A DNA stretch of 64,000 nt from Eledone cirrhosa (GCA_964016885.1 OZ024745.1:81468001-81532000), one strand, 5' to 3'. Shown: positions 26,640 through 40,529, counted from the stretch's first letter. Notes: generated by a model from the letters alone, not told the origin. Made by a program: numbers and translations.

Positions 26640-27270
26640 AGTGAAAATTTAAGTAAGTAAAAAAATTTTTTTTTTAATTTTTTTAAAAGGATTTTCTTAT
26701 TTTACGTCTTTTATATTATTGTTCTGCATCCTCCTGCATTGAACCACCTAGGTACTATGACATAACCTGTGTATTTGCTGGCATAGGCGTGCATCTGTGC
26801 GCTTATGTTAGTTGATATATTAAATTATCTATATTTATCTCCAAATCACTGATTTGTCGAGCAAACCTGCCAAAACCACTTCTAAAAAAAAAATTTTTTG
26901 GGGGGGTGTTAGTAGGCGTCTGTCATCTTACCATCCCATTCCTTCTGACTAGCCTCTGCGTCACGTGATTGATTCTTTAGAATCGGCCATTTGACTAGAA
27001 GCAGTGAGGATTTCAGTGCATGGAATTCAGTCCTCGCTAGCTGTTCCATCTACCGAATTATTATTATTTTTATATGAGCCGCCAGTGTCCGCGCATTGCC
27101 TGGAGACTTAGCTGAGAATAGACTCCCTGATGACGCAATGAATTCTCGACAGTTAGATTACGTAACTGTCTTTATCCCATTGCAGAAACTAATTAGTTGG
27201 AGTGAAAATTTAAGTAAGTAAAAATTTTTTTTTTTTTTTTAAAGGATTTTCTTATTTTACGTCTTTTATA
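26638..27270 (+). mobile_element. Non-coding hammerhead retroelement (retrozyme or Penelope pLTR): 561-bp monomer plus ~72-bp repeat
   Basis: 26638-26716 is repeated at 27199-27270; hammerhead at 27122-27203; (TA)n on both flanks. Confidence 0.8.
27122..27203 (+). ncRNA. Type I hammerhead ribozyme with extended stem II
   Basis: ACTCC-CTGATGA-C-GCAATG..GACAGTTA/TAACTGTC..CATTGC-A-GAAAC-TAATTA-GTT^GGAGT. Confidence 0.85.
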
Positions 27271-27286
27271 TATATATATATATATA

Positions 27287-27444
27287 AGGCGGGTAAAATT
27301 CCCGAGATCCATGGACGAGTTCTCTCCAGCGGTATCTGTCCCTCATTATCGCTGCCATATCCTGCGTCTCCAACAGACCAGTGTCTGTCCTTAGGGCATC
27401 AACATACGTTAACCTTGGTCTTCCTCTTCTAGTGTGTCCATCTA
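27287..27444 (-). mobile_element. RTE-like LINE 3' end
   Basis: DGHTRRGRPRLTYVDALRTD...MRDRYRWRELV, followed by (TA)n. Confidence 0.8.
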
Positions 27445-27861
27445 CGGTTTTCCTCTGTATAGTGGTAAAAACGATTATATGGTAGACGAGATTGAGAGGA
27501 CTGAGGACAGATGCCTTTCTCTCCGGACAACAACTCATTCCCTTCTTTAGGTACCACTTCAGAAGGAGAATCAGAGTGGAGAGAGAAGCACTACACCCCA
27601 GTAAATTTACTGAAAGGTGGGTGAATGTATCAAAAATGGCCCGAGTGATTGGGCCTTCTCTGTATATAAACCTATAGGTTGAAGATGAGAGCAAAAGGAG
27701 GAAAGAAGCATTTTCACAACACGCTCCTGGAGTTGAGGGTTGTTCTATCGACGGGGTATTAAACAACCCATTTGTAACGCCTCCCCCCTATTGGGGATTT
27801 CGATTGTTAAATTTGCTTGTTTTAATAATATTTTTACACGATTGTATGTAAAATCCCCGGC
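27445..27861 (+). mobile_element. Tx1 subfamily C 3' fragment fused to the 5' side of copy 3
   Basis: Matches ~33087-33498 but lacks the last ~50 nt of the tail. Confidence 0.9.
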
Positions 27862-27881
27862 AAATTTTGCCAACTATAAAA

Positions 27882-28192
27882 CATGAATAACCCGGAAAGA
27901 ACGCAGGAGAACGTCGACAGAGAGAAGAGGGTAGAAAGGCAGATATTAACGCTATATCTGCTTCTGCCACTATGAACGTCGCCATGGATACGACTGTCAA
28001 CAAAGAGAAAAATATAATATTACCACTTAAACATTTAAAAATTTCTACCGTCGAAGTGGAGAAAAATAACACACAGGAAAACACAGGAATTAAACCTATT
28101 AATATACATACGCATGAAAAAGACAACGACAACAACTCCATAGATACACCTCGTCAAGAAATTGCGATTTCCAACACCGAGGCTGACAACAA

Positions 28193-28227
<35 letters not shown>

Positions 28228-29867
28228 CAAAAATGTCTTTCGCTGAAACAGTGAACAAAAAACGAGATTTTATAAATCTTGACATCTCCAATGCAAGAGA
28301 TATGTTCCAACAAGGAAAAAAATTTGTAACTTTCGAAGACAAGGGTGGGTTTAGAATCAACTCATCCCTCGAAATAAAAGAAGAGACGGTTCGAAGGACA
28401 GTGACCTTCAGGACTGTCTCAAACACAACGAGAAAGCCAATATTTGTGAGTCAAGGAGACATAGAAGCCACCTTGAAGGAGACTCTAGAAAATATTGACT
28501 TTCTTCAACGAGGAAAACAGTACGGAAGTATTTCCGTACTGTTTAAAAGCGAGGCACTCGCCCAAAAACATTCTGTGACTCCAATGGTGTCAAAAGCTTT
28601 TTCCCTACGTACATGGAAAAAATAAAAATAAAAAAGTACCACCAAACATTAACATCTGGTGGATCTTGGCTGGCTTCGTGGAGCCAGAGACTGTTGCCAT
28701 TCTTTCGATACGAAAGTCGATTAGACAAAGGTGGGCGGGTACTGATTTGGAAATTCTGATGCAGATGAGGCCGGAGAGAATCTCCAAAATACCCGGGCGG
28801 GTACTGATTTTGAGATTCCGATGCAGATGAGGCTGGAGAGAATCTCCAAAATACCCGGGCTGGTACTGATTTTGAGATTCTGATGCAGATGAGGCCGGAG
28901 AGAATCTCCAAAATACCCGAAAAAGTCGTCATCGACGACAACAACAAAATAAACATTTCGGTGGAGGGGTGTAAACTTCATTGCTTTCACTGTGGTAGCG
29001 CAACATACCTAAAGGCCTCCTGCCCTTTACAAACACGATCAACCAAAACAATACAAAAGAAAGCACTGTTACCAACACCAACACCACAGCAACAACAACT
29101 CACGAAACAAGCAAACACACCAAAACAAACAGCCACTCAACCAACAACAACAGAAAAAACACAGACAACACCCCTGAAGAACACAGCCCCACCCCATCCC
29201 ACTCCATCAAACACACACATCGAAACACCACCACCACACAACATACCCCTACCCCACACTCCTGACGATGATTATTCATCCACAGCTGAGGCTGCTTCCC
29301 CTCCTTTAAGTGAAGAAGGAGAGCCTCGGAAATCTAAAAAAACAAAAAAGAGACACCACAAAAACCCCAAAACTCCAATCACCAACACCAACACACAACC
29401 ACAGACACAAACAACAACATAAACAACAACACAAACAACACCACAGTCAAACATCCCCCTACCAGCAAAACCAACACCAACACAACCCCAAACGCAAGCA
29501 CCTACCATAAAAAGAAAACCCCCGGACGAACAACAAACTAAAACAACACAACAAAAACACAAACAAAAATACGCATACATCAACACAAACAACAAGAGTT
29601 TGGTGGAGGTCATCTCCCAAAACCCCAAGGTGGAGACGGAGGGGAAAACTTTCGTCAAAGCAGAATCGTCTCCACACCTTACACTTATAAGGGTTTCTAT
29701 GGAGACCTATAGTGACCTGGAAAATAAATTATCGCAGGACGTGGGAAACAACTGTCAGAAAACCCATCAACCGCGTCCTGTTAAAATGTTTTCCCACCCC
29801 ACCCAACACCCCCTCCAGCACCCAAATGGAGATTGAACAACCCGATCTCCAGGAAACGAAAAGATAA
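27882..29867 (+). pseudogene. ORF1p, disrupted
   Basis: CFHCGSATYLKASC (knuckle His lost); C-terminus MEIEQPDLQETKR; 62-bp triplication at 28733-28918. Confidence 0.85.
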
Positions 29868-29909
29868 GTGCACATTTTCGTCCTTTTTCTCCAACTCTTC
29901 TTCACCAAC

Positions 29910-32900
29910 ATGGCTAGTTTACGAGCTGGAAGCGTGAATGTGCGTGGCCTAGGGATGCCCTGGAAACAGGGCCAACTATTAAACGACCTTAGGTCACACG
30001 GTATGTATGTGATAGCCATCACCGAGTCCAGGATCAACAACAGGCAGCAACTAACCCCCATCTTCGACGACTTTGAGATCTACGCATCTCTCTGTCAGCC
30101 AGGAGATGGAGGGGAGTGGCTGTCATGTTTCGGAAGAACTTGGACGTCGAAGTACAGCAAGTACACTTGGACCCGGAGGGTAGACTGGTAGTCCTAGATG
30201 TGAACAGTATTGAAGGTGGAGCCTTCAGACTGGTGGCCGTTTATACCCCGACCGGGCAATCGCAATCACGGCCTGACTTCTTTAAGCGTCTAGAGTCTTT
30301 TCTGGGAACATCTCGCTCCTTACTTTTAGTAGGGGACTGGAATGGTATCCTAGATACACGATGGGACTATGTGGGAACATGTCCCAGTAGAGGGGGGTGC
30401 AACAGCCTCACAACTTTAATTGGACAATTCCAACTGGCCGATAGGTATCGACTGGATTTCCCGACTGCACCACAGTGGATGTGGGCAAACCGCAGCGGGA
30501 CATCTAGATCGTATTTAGATAGGTTCTTCATTAGAGAAAGGGACAAGGAGATGTTAAATTGTCCACGAATGCACATGGTTGCCTACTCAGATCACAAATT
30601 AGTCATCTGCTTAGTCAACTGTGATAGAATGCATAGACAGGGACCCGGATACTGGAAGCTCAACGTGTCGTTGCCGGCACGTAAAGCTTACAGTGAACGA
30701 ATAAGTAGACTAGTCAAGCCATCGTCAACAATAGATGGTGATACTCTCTCAAGAAAGCAATTAGAGTAGAATCGATAGAGTTTAGCAGAGAGTTAGCCTT
30801 AGAGAAAAACAAAATAAAAAGAGAACTAGTAGCCAAAGTAGTGGAGGCACTTAGAAGTGGCAACGCGGCTAGAGTGTTAGCGTCGAGAACGGCACTAGAC
30901 CAGTTTTTCGAAGGCTGCGTGGTCAGAAGCAAAACACGTGCTCTAGGAAACGAAGGAGCGAAAGCTGTCAGCTGGGCCCGAGTGGTGGAGGCAAAAAGTG
31001 GCAACAAGTCCACGATTCGGTCTTTGAAAGACCAAACGGACGCATGCTACTTGACCCCAAGCGAATGTGCGCGGCCTTTCAGCAGCACTTTGCGCGACTG
31101 TTTGAGCAGAACGACGGTGAGCCGAACGGGGCAATGGACTTTAGTTCATACCTCGACGGCTTGCCGCGTCTCTCGAACACGGGCGCCGAGTTCTGGGAAA
31201 GACCGATCACGGACACTTAGATACGGGACGCTCTGAGCCACTGCGGCAAACGCAAGTCACCCGATCTAGATGGTCTACCCTATGAGTTTTACATAGGCAT
31301 GCCGAACTTGTTCTCTGGCGTCCTCGAGGCCGTCTACTGCAATTGGCAGCAGAACAGGAGAATTCCAAGTTCTGCAGGCAAGGGCGTAGTAACGCTGATC
31401 AGGAAAGACGAGAACAAGGGGGACGAAATTAACAACTTCAGGCCCCTAACTCTGCTCAACACAGAGTTAAAGATTTTGGCCAAGGTGCTAGCGACGAAGT
31501 TGGCGGTTGTCGTCGAGAACCTGGTAGGGAAAGCGCAAACGTGTGCAATCCCGACCAGGTCCATACACGACAAGCTCCACCTCATGCGATACATCATAGA
31601 GAGGGTGGGCAGTTAACCCGGCTTCGGTGGGGCTCTGAGCAATGTGGATCAGTCTAAGGCAGTCAATAGGGCCGACCATCGATACTTGGAAGCGGTTCTC
31701 AAGGCAGCCGGTTTCGGTCCCGTTTTCAGAGGCTGGATCGAGGCGATGCACACCAGCATCTGCTCGAGAGTCAAGGTGAACGGCTACCTATCTGAGCCGT
31801 TCGCAATCACGCGTTCCATTCGACAGGGATGCCCTCTCTCCTCCATTATGTATGTATTGACTCTAGAGCCACTACTGCGGAAATTGGAGCTGTTGCAGGA
31901 CACCCCTCTAGAACCGGGACTGCGCAAAGCGGCGTCGGCTTATGCCGACGACGTGACGGTAATGGTGTCGAGCACCTCGGAAATCGGGGTGATCGGCAAC
32001 TTACTGAAAGAATACGAAACGCTGACGGGAGCAAAACTAAACCCGGAAAGTCTGTCGGTTTGCAACTCGGTACGTGGAGAGGCAAACCGATGACGTCCGA
32101 CAGCGTCGTTGGACGCTGGACGGAGGGACCGGTGAAATTGCTCCGGGTCTGGTTCGGTTCAGACCTCCAGGTGGAGAAAAACTGGAACGAGGTAACGGCC
32201 AAGGTGTTTGCGCTCACCCAGAAGTGGGCAGAGTGCAAACTGTCCTTGAAAGGTCGAGCGGAGGGGGCGAACACTTTCATAGCGTCCGTCATCTCTACCG
32301 CTTGACTGTCGTGCCTTGTCCCCGTGAACACCTCGCCAAGATGGAACGCATGCTCTTCCAGTTTCTGTGGAAGAAGCAGACTCCGCTGGTGAGGAGATCC
32401 GTCTGCCGTCAGCACCCTTCCAGCGGAGGGCTGGGAATGCCGTGGCTGATGATGCGCAAACATGCGCTGAGGCTGCGGCATCTCCAGGTATTCCTCACCT
32501 ACCCCCGACCGGTGTGGGCACCGTTTATGAGACAGGCTTTCCCACAGCTCGTCTCGCTGACGGAGCTGCAGTCATGGGGGAAGAAAAGACCGAAAACGAT
32601 GGGCGCCTGGCACATTGAATGCGCTCAGACGCTCACAGTCCTCTGGCAAGCGGGCGCAGCAATCAGTGGAGACTCTACTTCGACATTCTATAGAGGGATT
32701 GTACGTTACAAGGGCGACGACGTGCTCGGGGAGACCCTGGGCGTCGAAGACGATGAGCTCACCAGTCTGTTTGGTAGGACTCTCCGCCCGGGATCTATGG
32801 ACAGCTACCAGATGTCCCTGGCCTGGCAGTGCTACTGAGGAGCTCTACCACTTCGAGACAAGATCTACAGGCACGGACGCCCCGGCAGGGATCCTTCCAA

Positions 32901-33317
32901 GAGGACGTGTCCAAGATGCGCGCAGGACATTGAAACAGTCCTGCACGCAATTGTACACTGCCCGGGCGTAATCGACCTGTGGAACTATGCAGAACAACTG
33001 CTGTCGCGTATGGGACAAATCCAGTTGACTGCCGAGTCCATAGTAAGGATCAAACTGCCAGCCTCTTTCAAAAACGAAAGAGAGGCGCTTTTCCTCTGTA
33101 CAGTGGCTATGGTGAAAGAAGTTATATGGTGGACGAGATGGAGAGGACTGAGGACAGATGCCTTTCTCTTCGGACAACAATTGATTCCCTTCTTTAAGTA
33201 TCACTTTAGAAGGAGAATCAGAGAGAGGCACTGCACCCCAGTAAATTTACTGAAAGGTGGGTGAATCTGGCAAAAATGGCCTGAGTGATTGGGCCTTCTC
33301 TGTTTATAAGTCTGTAG
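29910..33317 (+). pseudogene. ORF2p APE-RT-CCHC with many frameshifts and stops
   Basis: VNVRGL, GDWN, SDH, QGCPLS, YADD and CPRC..HC motifs spread over ORF fragments. Confidence 0.92.
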
Positions 33318-33659
33318 GTTAAAGAAGAGAGCAAAAGGAAGAAAGGAGCACTTGCACAACACGCTCCTGAAGTTGAGGGTTGTTCTATCGACGGGGTATT
33401 AAACAACCCATTTGTGGCGCTTCCCTCCTATTGGGGATTTCGATTGCTATAATTGTTTGTTTTACATTTTTTACACGACTGTATGTAAAATCCCCGGCAT
33501 GTCTTTGTATTGTCCCCTTTTCTTGTGCGCCCTTGTGGCAAATAAATAAATCTATCTATCTATCTATCGGTTTGTCTGTCTGCCTATCTATCTAACTGTC
33601 TATTTATCTTCTGTTTGTCTGTCTCTCTCTATGTACACATACACACGCGCGCTCGCGTG

Positions 33660-33707
33660 AGCTGTACTGATGAAGGATGATACCCAGAAACATTAGTGTC
33701 TGCAGTT
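33660..33707 (+). ncRNA. Hammerhead-like motif
   Basis: AGCTGTA-CTGATGA-(weak stem II)-GAAAC-ATTAGT-GTC^TGCAGTT. Confidence 0.65.
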
Positions 33708-34160
33708 CTGTTCACATGCCAACACAAGAGCAAGAATGAAGGGTTCATTCTACTGACATGGCTATAAAATTAAGGCTTGTTTGCATAATTGCAAACGAAT
33801 CGAATGTTCTTATTAATATTCGTAAAAATCAGATTACATTTATATATATTTATAATAAGAAGTTGACGGACCGGTTGCATTTCAGCGTACTCAATAGATA
33901 ATGTAGAATACATCCCAGAGTATATATATATATGTGTGTACACGAAACGTACGTACCTGGTATGGCGTCTTTGTAGTACTGACCTAAATATACATACACA
34001 TATATATATATATATATATATACTAATTTTGTTATTTTAAAAAACATATTGTATAAAGTCGTCAATCCTCATTTAAATATTAGATGATGTCTTAGGAATG
34101 TCTTAGGAAAAGACATTGACGTTGGCGTTTTCCAAACCTTCCATTAAGTGATGAGTGGCA

Positions 34161-34295
34161 AAATGGCAGAATCATTAGACCGTGAGACAAAATGGTGGGT
34201 GGTGAAATGGCAGGATCATTAGACCGTGTGATAAAATGGTGGGTGGTGAAATGACAAAATCATTAGACCGTGAGACCAAATGGCGGGTGGTGAAA
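34161..34295. repeat. ~44-bp tandem repeat, 3 copies
   Basis: Unit AAATGGCAGAATCATTAGACCGTGAGACAAAATGGTGGGTGGTG. Confidence 0.85.
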
Positions 34296-35150
34296 GAAGC
34301 AATCGTCTCTTGCATTCTTGCACTTAATTCAGCCCCGTGCCTCCCATCACTCTTGAACACGTCTACGTGATACTTGAACCTCTCCACCTGCTTCAGTGAA
34401 ACTCCACTCCATGTAGAGTGCACTGTGCAGGTTTCCTTGTGAGGTCGAATGTCGCAAACTTCGCAGCACTGATTTTTATTCTCCGAATAGAGGAGAACCC
34501 CAGAGGCGTCCCTGAAAGCAGGCATAGAGGGGGACTTCTTATTACGAAGTCAGCGAATGGCTTGCCAGAACACTATTTGCTAAACTGAATTTGGATTCCA
34601 GCTTAATCCCAAAGTCCTCTCATGTCTTTGAACGTTTTTACTGTCTTTACTGCGAGCTTTCGCGCCTGCTTGTACCGCAAGAAGGAGGACTTAATTCCAA
34701 ATGAAGCTTTGTAAGCCTCTTTCTTTGTCCGGATAGCTTGTTTGACCACCTGATAGAACCAAGGAGTCCTCGTACCACCTAGCACCACACCCACCCGCTT
34801 TCACCAGCAGCATTTAACAGCCGAAGCAGAAAGTGCCGAGTTGAACAATCTCTACTCCGTTTCAACATCCTTAGTTTTCTCAGTGAGTTCTCTGAATTTG
34901 GATGGAATAGTATCTGCAAACCTGTACCTTGCTTCCTTGTCTGCCAGCACTTCCCATTTTATCATGTAGGTCGTCCTGGACCTACCAGTTTTGTGGGTTT
35001 CCTTCACTTTAATTAGTCTCAAGTTGACCGTTCAGTCTCTCTTTTAACACGAATATCCAGCACAGAATCGAAGCGATAAGAGACAATAACAAAATCAATT
35101 ATTGATCTGTCCCCGGTTCCATTTATACCATGTATATTTATGGATATTTT
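34296..35150 (-). mobile_element. RTE-clade LINE internal remnants
   Basis: RSIIDFVIVS..VLDIRVKR, TPWFYQVVKQAIRTKKEAYKA, LKQVERFKY. Confidence 0.72.
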
Positions 35151-35174
35151 TATGCTGGAAGAAGAAGAAGAAGA

Positions 35175-35253
<79 letters not shown>

Positions 35254-35359
35254 GAATACATTCAAATAAATTAAAACTATTTTTTTCATTTCATTTCATT
35301 AATCTTGTGTTCTAATTTAATAGGCACGAATTAGCTATATGTAATTTATTAATTTAAAT

Positions 35360-35545
35360 TGTGGATTGGCAGTATCAGTAGAGGGTCGGACACCATGCTT
35401 TCCAGCATAGTTACGTCCCTTTACGATCTGAGTTCAAATCCCGCCGAGGTTGACTTTGCCTTTCATCCTTACGGGGTCGATAAAATAAAGTACCAGTAAT
35501 GCACTGGGTAATTGCTGGCCTTGTGCCTAAAGTAGAAACAATTAA
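35360..35545 (+). mobile_element. tRNA-SINE
   Basis: Boxes A and B plus family core. Confidence 0.88.
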
Positions 35546-35687
35546 TTTAAATTGTGAAATATACTATATTGGGTGCATATCTGTAGCACAGATATTTGCT
35601 TTGGTCTATTTATAGCTACTTCTCAACCTGCTCTATCATTAAATTATATCTTATTGTTGTCTAATATCTTTTACTTCAAAATTGGAA

Positions 35688-35862
35688 CAGACCTGTCAAC
35701 TCTCCCCGTCCGACGGGGAGACCTCCCACCTACTTTGGGGTGGGTGGGAGATGTCTTCTCTTGTGAAAATGGATATAGCTTTCATTATTTAAAATCTCTC
35801 CGTTTTGGGGCACCTTTTTCCATGGTACTCCCTGTTTGGGTTTTTAGAGGTTGGCAGGTCTG
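35688..35862. mobile_element. hAT-like MITE
   Basis: TIRs CAGACCTGTCAAC / GTTGGCAGGTCTG; second copy at 25828-26009; TSD not clear. Confidence 0.75.
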
Positions 35863-36021
35863 TTAGAAGCCAGTGATGTTAATTTAAGAGGGAGAGTTGC
35901 AAGGCGCGGACATTCCAAAAAGAAAAAGAAAAAATATGCCTGAATGTTTTTCAGAGAAGAAAATATCATTTATGAGCAAGAGAACATAAAGGATGGTCTA
36001 CGCAAAATTGGCGCACAATCA

Positions 36022-36153
<132 letters not shown>

Positions 36154-36356
36154 TTTTTTTTTTCATTCAATTGAAGAAAGTTGGTTGATTAAAAATCTGC
36201 CGACTTCTTTTTAACAGATGTTAATATATATTACAGTCGTTTCGAATGAGATATGACCTCGAATTATTCGAAGTGTTGATGAAATTCGTTTCATATAGTC
36301 ATGTGAATCTATGAATTTAGTCTCCTGGCTTGAGACAGACTTTAGACTTAGAGAGA

Positions 36357-36505
36357 CTTAACTGGTACTTTATTTTATCGACTCCTGAATGTTGAAACGT
36401 AAAGTTGACCTCAACAGAATTTGAACTCAGAATGTAAAGAACCAAAACGAATACCACAATTTCATTTTATCCGACGCTCTACCAATTTTGCCAATCCATC
36501 GTCCT
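36357..36505 (-). mobile_element. Diverged tRNA-SINE (further partial + copy at ~36765-36870)
   Basis: Family core similarity. Confidence 0.75.
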
Positions 36506-37398
36506 TCTATCAAACATAATTAAAAGCCCTCATCCAGCCAAACATTCCATGATCTCTCGTTGACAGATATGTTCCGTATGCACCTTGCTTAAATAAATAT
36601 TTCTTTACGTATTAAAGTACCTTGATGGAAATGACTAGGATCGTATTTCCTATTCAAAATAGAAGAAAAAATAAAAGAAAAAATAAAAGAAATAAAATGA
36701 AAAATATTGATTAAAACAAAAATAAACAAAAGGAAAAATATAAGGAATTGTTTTAATGATCAACAGGAGTTCAATCCCACCAAGGTCAACTTAGCCTGTC
36801 ATCTTTCCGAGGTCGATAAAATGAGGTACCAGTTAACTAGTGGAGTCGATTTAATCGGCTTTCTCTTCCACTGTTTTAGCCTGTTCCAAATCGGAATTAG
36901 TTTGGTCGCTTCTGTCTTTGCTAAAGTAAGGGATACAACTGATTTTTTTCGTTGTCGCTTGTGTATAAAAAAGTCATAATCTGTGACAAGGGGTGTAACT
37001 TTACCTTCCTTTAGTGTTAAAAAATTATTTTGCAAGTGTGTTCAATCTTAGCTTGAATTTTCCGATAAAGATGTTTTTCTTTATTAATTCGACCTTGTTC
37101 TGTGATTTCATAACTACATTGGTACAATGGGAAAATATCGAAATTTGGCAGCGAAGTTTATCAGATTATAATTTTTTTTACACACAAGCAACCCAAGCCA
37201 ATGTGGTTGAGAATGAGCATGCAGTAGTTTTAACGACAAAACAATTTAACCTAATAACAAATGTTTTGATAATCCAATACGGACAAAGCAGGTTAGCTAA
37301 CATTAATTTTTTACACCAATTTTTGTACATATAAAGATCCTTTATGTATATATATATATATAACAGGTGTGCTTTTCAAAATATTTTTATATAATTTT

Positions 37399-37436
<38 letters not shown>

Positions 37437-37864
37437 TATATATATCTGTGTGTGTGTGTGTAAATTTCGTATATCTAATGATATACGGTATGTTTGCGAA
37501 TAAACATTTGGAAAGCCTTCTAGCTATGAATATTGACAAGCTGGCGGCTGGCTCCGTCTAGCCGATTCCAGCAGAAGTAACGGGGGACAACTGCCAACGC
37601 GTGTCTGTCTCTGGGGGTCATCTGGATATCCTTCCCCTCCTCTCTGCTGGAATTTGAAACAGGCGAAAATATATAGTTGTTTCGGTCATCTTTATATGAA
37701 GCTGTACAAACTAGCTTAGCTTGAAAGTAGAATTAAAATTTTCACTCCAATATAGCCGTATACATATAAGTATGTGAATTTCGTATATCTAATGATATAC
37801 AGCATGTTAAAAGAGACCCCGGTCAATACAGCCGCCCCCCCCCCTCCACATATATATATATTAT

Positions 37865-37895
<31 letters not shown>

Positions 37896-37938
37896 ATTAA
37901 TAAAAGATCGGAGGCCATTCAGGTTCATTAAAAAGTGA

Positions 37939-37989
37939 GTTATACATATTTCACTGACTATCAGTTATGATAGCCTGAGCTCTTCAGAC
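37939..37989 (-). ncRNA. 5'-clipped hammerhead next to (TA)n
   Basis: GT-CTGAAGA-GCT..GGCTATCA(TAAC)TGATAGTC-AGT-GAAA-TATGTA-TA^AC; only 2 bp of helix I remain. Confidence 0.6.
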
Positions 37990-37991
37990 GG

Positions 37992-38060
<69 letters not shown>

Positions 38061-38064
38061 CACG

Positions 38065-38167
<103 letters not shown>

Positions 38168-39030
38168 ATGTACATATATAGATAGATAGATATATATATG
38201 TGTATATGAATGTATGGAAAGAAATATGTAAAATACCGACCGCGGCGCCAAGTGGTTTCGGCTTGTGAGTGCAGCAAGTCTTTACGAAGGAAGGTGTAAT
38301 AATATTTGTAGGGTGTGTAAAATTAGGTCACTAGTCTTGGTAGTTATTTGGTCAAATTTATCACAGTAGTAAACTGGGATGATGGAGAAAGTGTGGATGT
38401 GGTGGCAGAGAATGGTAAGTGTATCTGGACAAGCAAGGGGCCAGGAGAAGGTAGTGTTGGTTAGAGTAAGGGTAGTTAGTGTGTAGCATTAGAGTAGAAG
38501 GAGAAGGGATATAATGGTCATAGGAATATGGGTGCGGAGGGTTGAAGGGTAATGCTATGTAGTGACAGGGCTTAGAGGCTGAAAGAATATTTTAAAGAAA
38601 AAATAAAATTAAAAAGTGAGTGATATAGAAGTAAATGAGCAAATGGTCAAATAAATTAGTTAATAGGATAAAATAAGATAAGAAAAGAACGAGTAAAATA
38701 TAAGGGTTTAAAAATAGGTAAAATAGGTAATATGAGTTGGTAACCAGTGGTAAAGTATATGGACTGTGTATGTATACTGCATACATACAAGTATACATGA
38801 GTATACTGGGGAATTTTAGAAGGTTTTACATAGAAATGCATGAATAAATAAATAAATTATTACTTCAATGAAAGGAATGGGGGAGATAAAATTTAGAGAG
38901 AACGTAAATGAGTAGATGAATGAATAAAGTATGCACACAGGCACAAGGACATTCATACATGTACACATACATACTCGTGTACACGACATATACATACATA
39001 CATACACACACATATATGCACTGTCGTACA

Positions 39031-39090
<60 letters not shown>

Positions 39091-39091
39091 A

Positions 39092-39162
<71 letters not shown>

Positions 39163-39339
39163 GAATGTAGAAAAGTAACACGAATTGATATATATATATA
39201 AACAAATAGTAAAAAGGAAAAAGATTTTTTCAGTAGAAAATGCTGAAGAGATTCTTTCAGTGTAATATCAAAACCTTCATTTATTTATAAAGAGGATATT
39301 TCCGCATTTAATAATGGTACCGGTTTCAGCATTATATGC

Positions 39340-39772
39340 ATTGTCAACTGCGAATATGCATAATATGGTTAAGTTCCATATTTATACAAATAATAATTAT
39401 TTCTACTTTTGGCACAAGGCCTGCAATTATCCCATTACATTACTGTTACTTTAATTTATCGACCCCGTAAGGTTGAAAAGCAAAGTTAACCTCGGCGGGA
39501 TTTGAACTCAGACCATAAAGGGCTGTAACTCTTTTCTGCAAAGCATGGCGTCCGACTCTCTATCGATACTGCCAATCCACCGCCCTTTATACAAATAATA
39601 ATAACAAAATGTGGAAGAAAAATTATTAATTTTTACATACATATTTTGAAAGGAGAGTTCATATCTCTGTCCGTGTGTGTATGTAAAAATTAATAATTTC
39701 TCTTACACTTTTTATTATCATTATTTGCATAAATATGGAACTTAACCATATTATGCATATCCGCAGTTGACA

Positions 39773-39775
<3 letters not shown>
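39340..39775. repeat. Old fold-back palindrome interrupted by a SINE
   Basis: 39340-39397 plus 39603-39640 pair with 39678-39775. Confidence 0.8.
39398..39585 (-). mobile_element. Full-length tRNA-SINE with 17-bp TSD
   Basis: TTTATACAAATAATAAT at 39381-39397 and 39586-39602. Confidence 0.92.
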
Positions 39776-39831
<56 letters not shown>

Positions 39832-39891
39832 TATGTATATATAAGAGTGGGAAATGAAATTTCGTTTCATTTTTTCCGTATATATATATAT

Positions 39892-39922
<31 letters not shown>

Positions 39923-40223
39923 TTGGAAAAAAGAAACGGGTAATTTCTCAGGAGACAGTCTGACACATATCCCTGTTGGCCTAAAAGTAGCACTAGCAAA
40001 CAGGATTTAATCTGGCAGAAGAAACTCACGGCGAATAAGAGAGGAAAGTGAGTGCAAAGCACGATATTAATGAGTGGCTTTTGGTTTTTTGGGCGTTGGA
40101 CCCAGACAGGGGCGAGTAGTAGGAGAGAGTACTAAGGAAATAGAACTACAACTTCTGGATGAGGTATGTGTAACTACAGAGAGGATAATATACTATAAAC
40201 AAAGACTCGCACACTCGCCTTCG

Positions 40224-40281
<58 letters not shown>

Positions 40282-40282
40282 C

Positions 40283-40336
<54 letters not shown>

Positions 40337-40353
40337 CCTATCTATTACTACTA

Positions 40354-40396
<43 letters not shown>

Positions 40397-40529
40397 GTGG
40401 AACACTGGAAGGTAATATAACCTATCTATTACTATTATATTTATATATATATATATATATATATAGTGGTGGAACACTGGAAGGTAATATCCGTAGTGGT
40501 AGAGCACTCAGTCCAAGGGACGAGTTAGG

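Larger units (their letters stand above)
27862..33550 (+). mobile_element. Near-full-length Tx1 subfamily C (copy 3), the most decayed copy
   Basis: ORF1 and ORF2 homology; 3' end AATAAATAAA runs into (TCTA)n; 5'UTR absent. Confidence 0.93.

Noticed and set aside
27445-33500. LTR retrotransposon suggested by the direct repeats
   Set aside because: No TG..CA ends, PBS, protease or integrase; the coding region is APE-RT.
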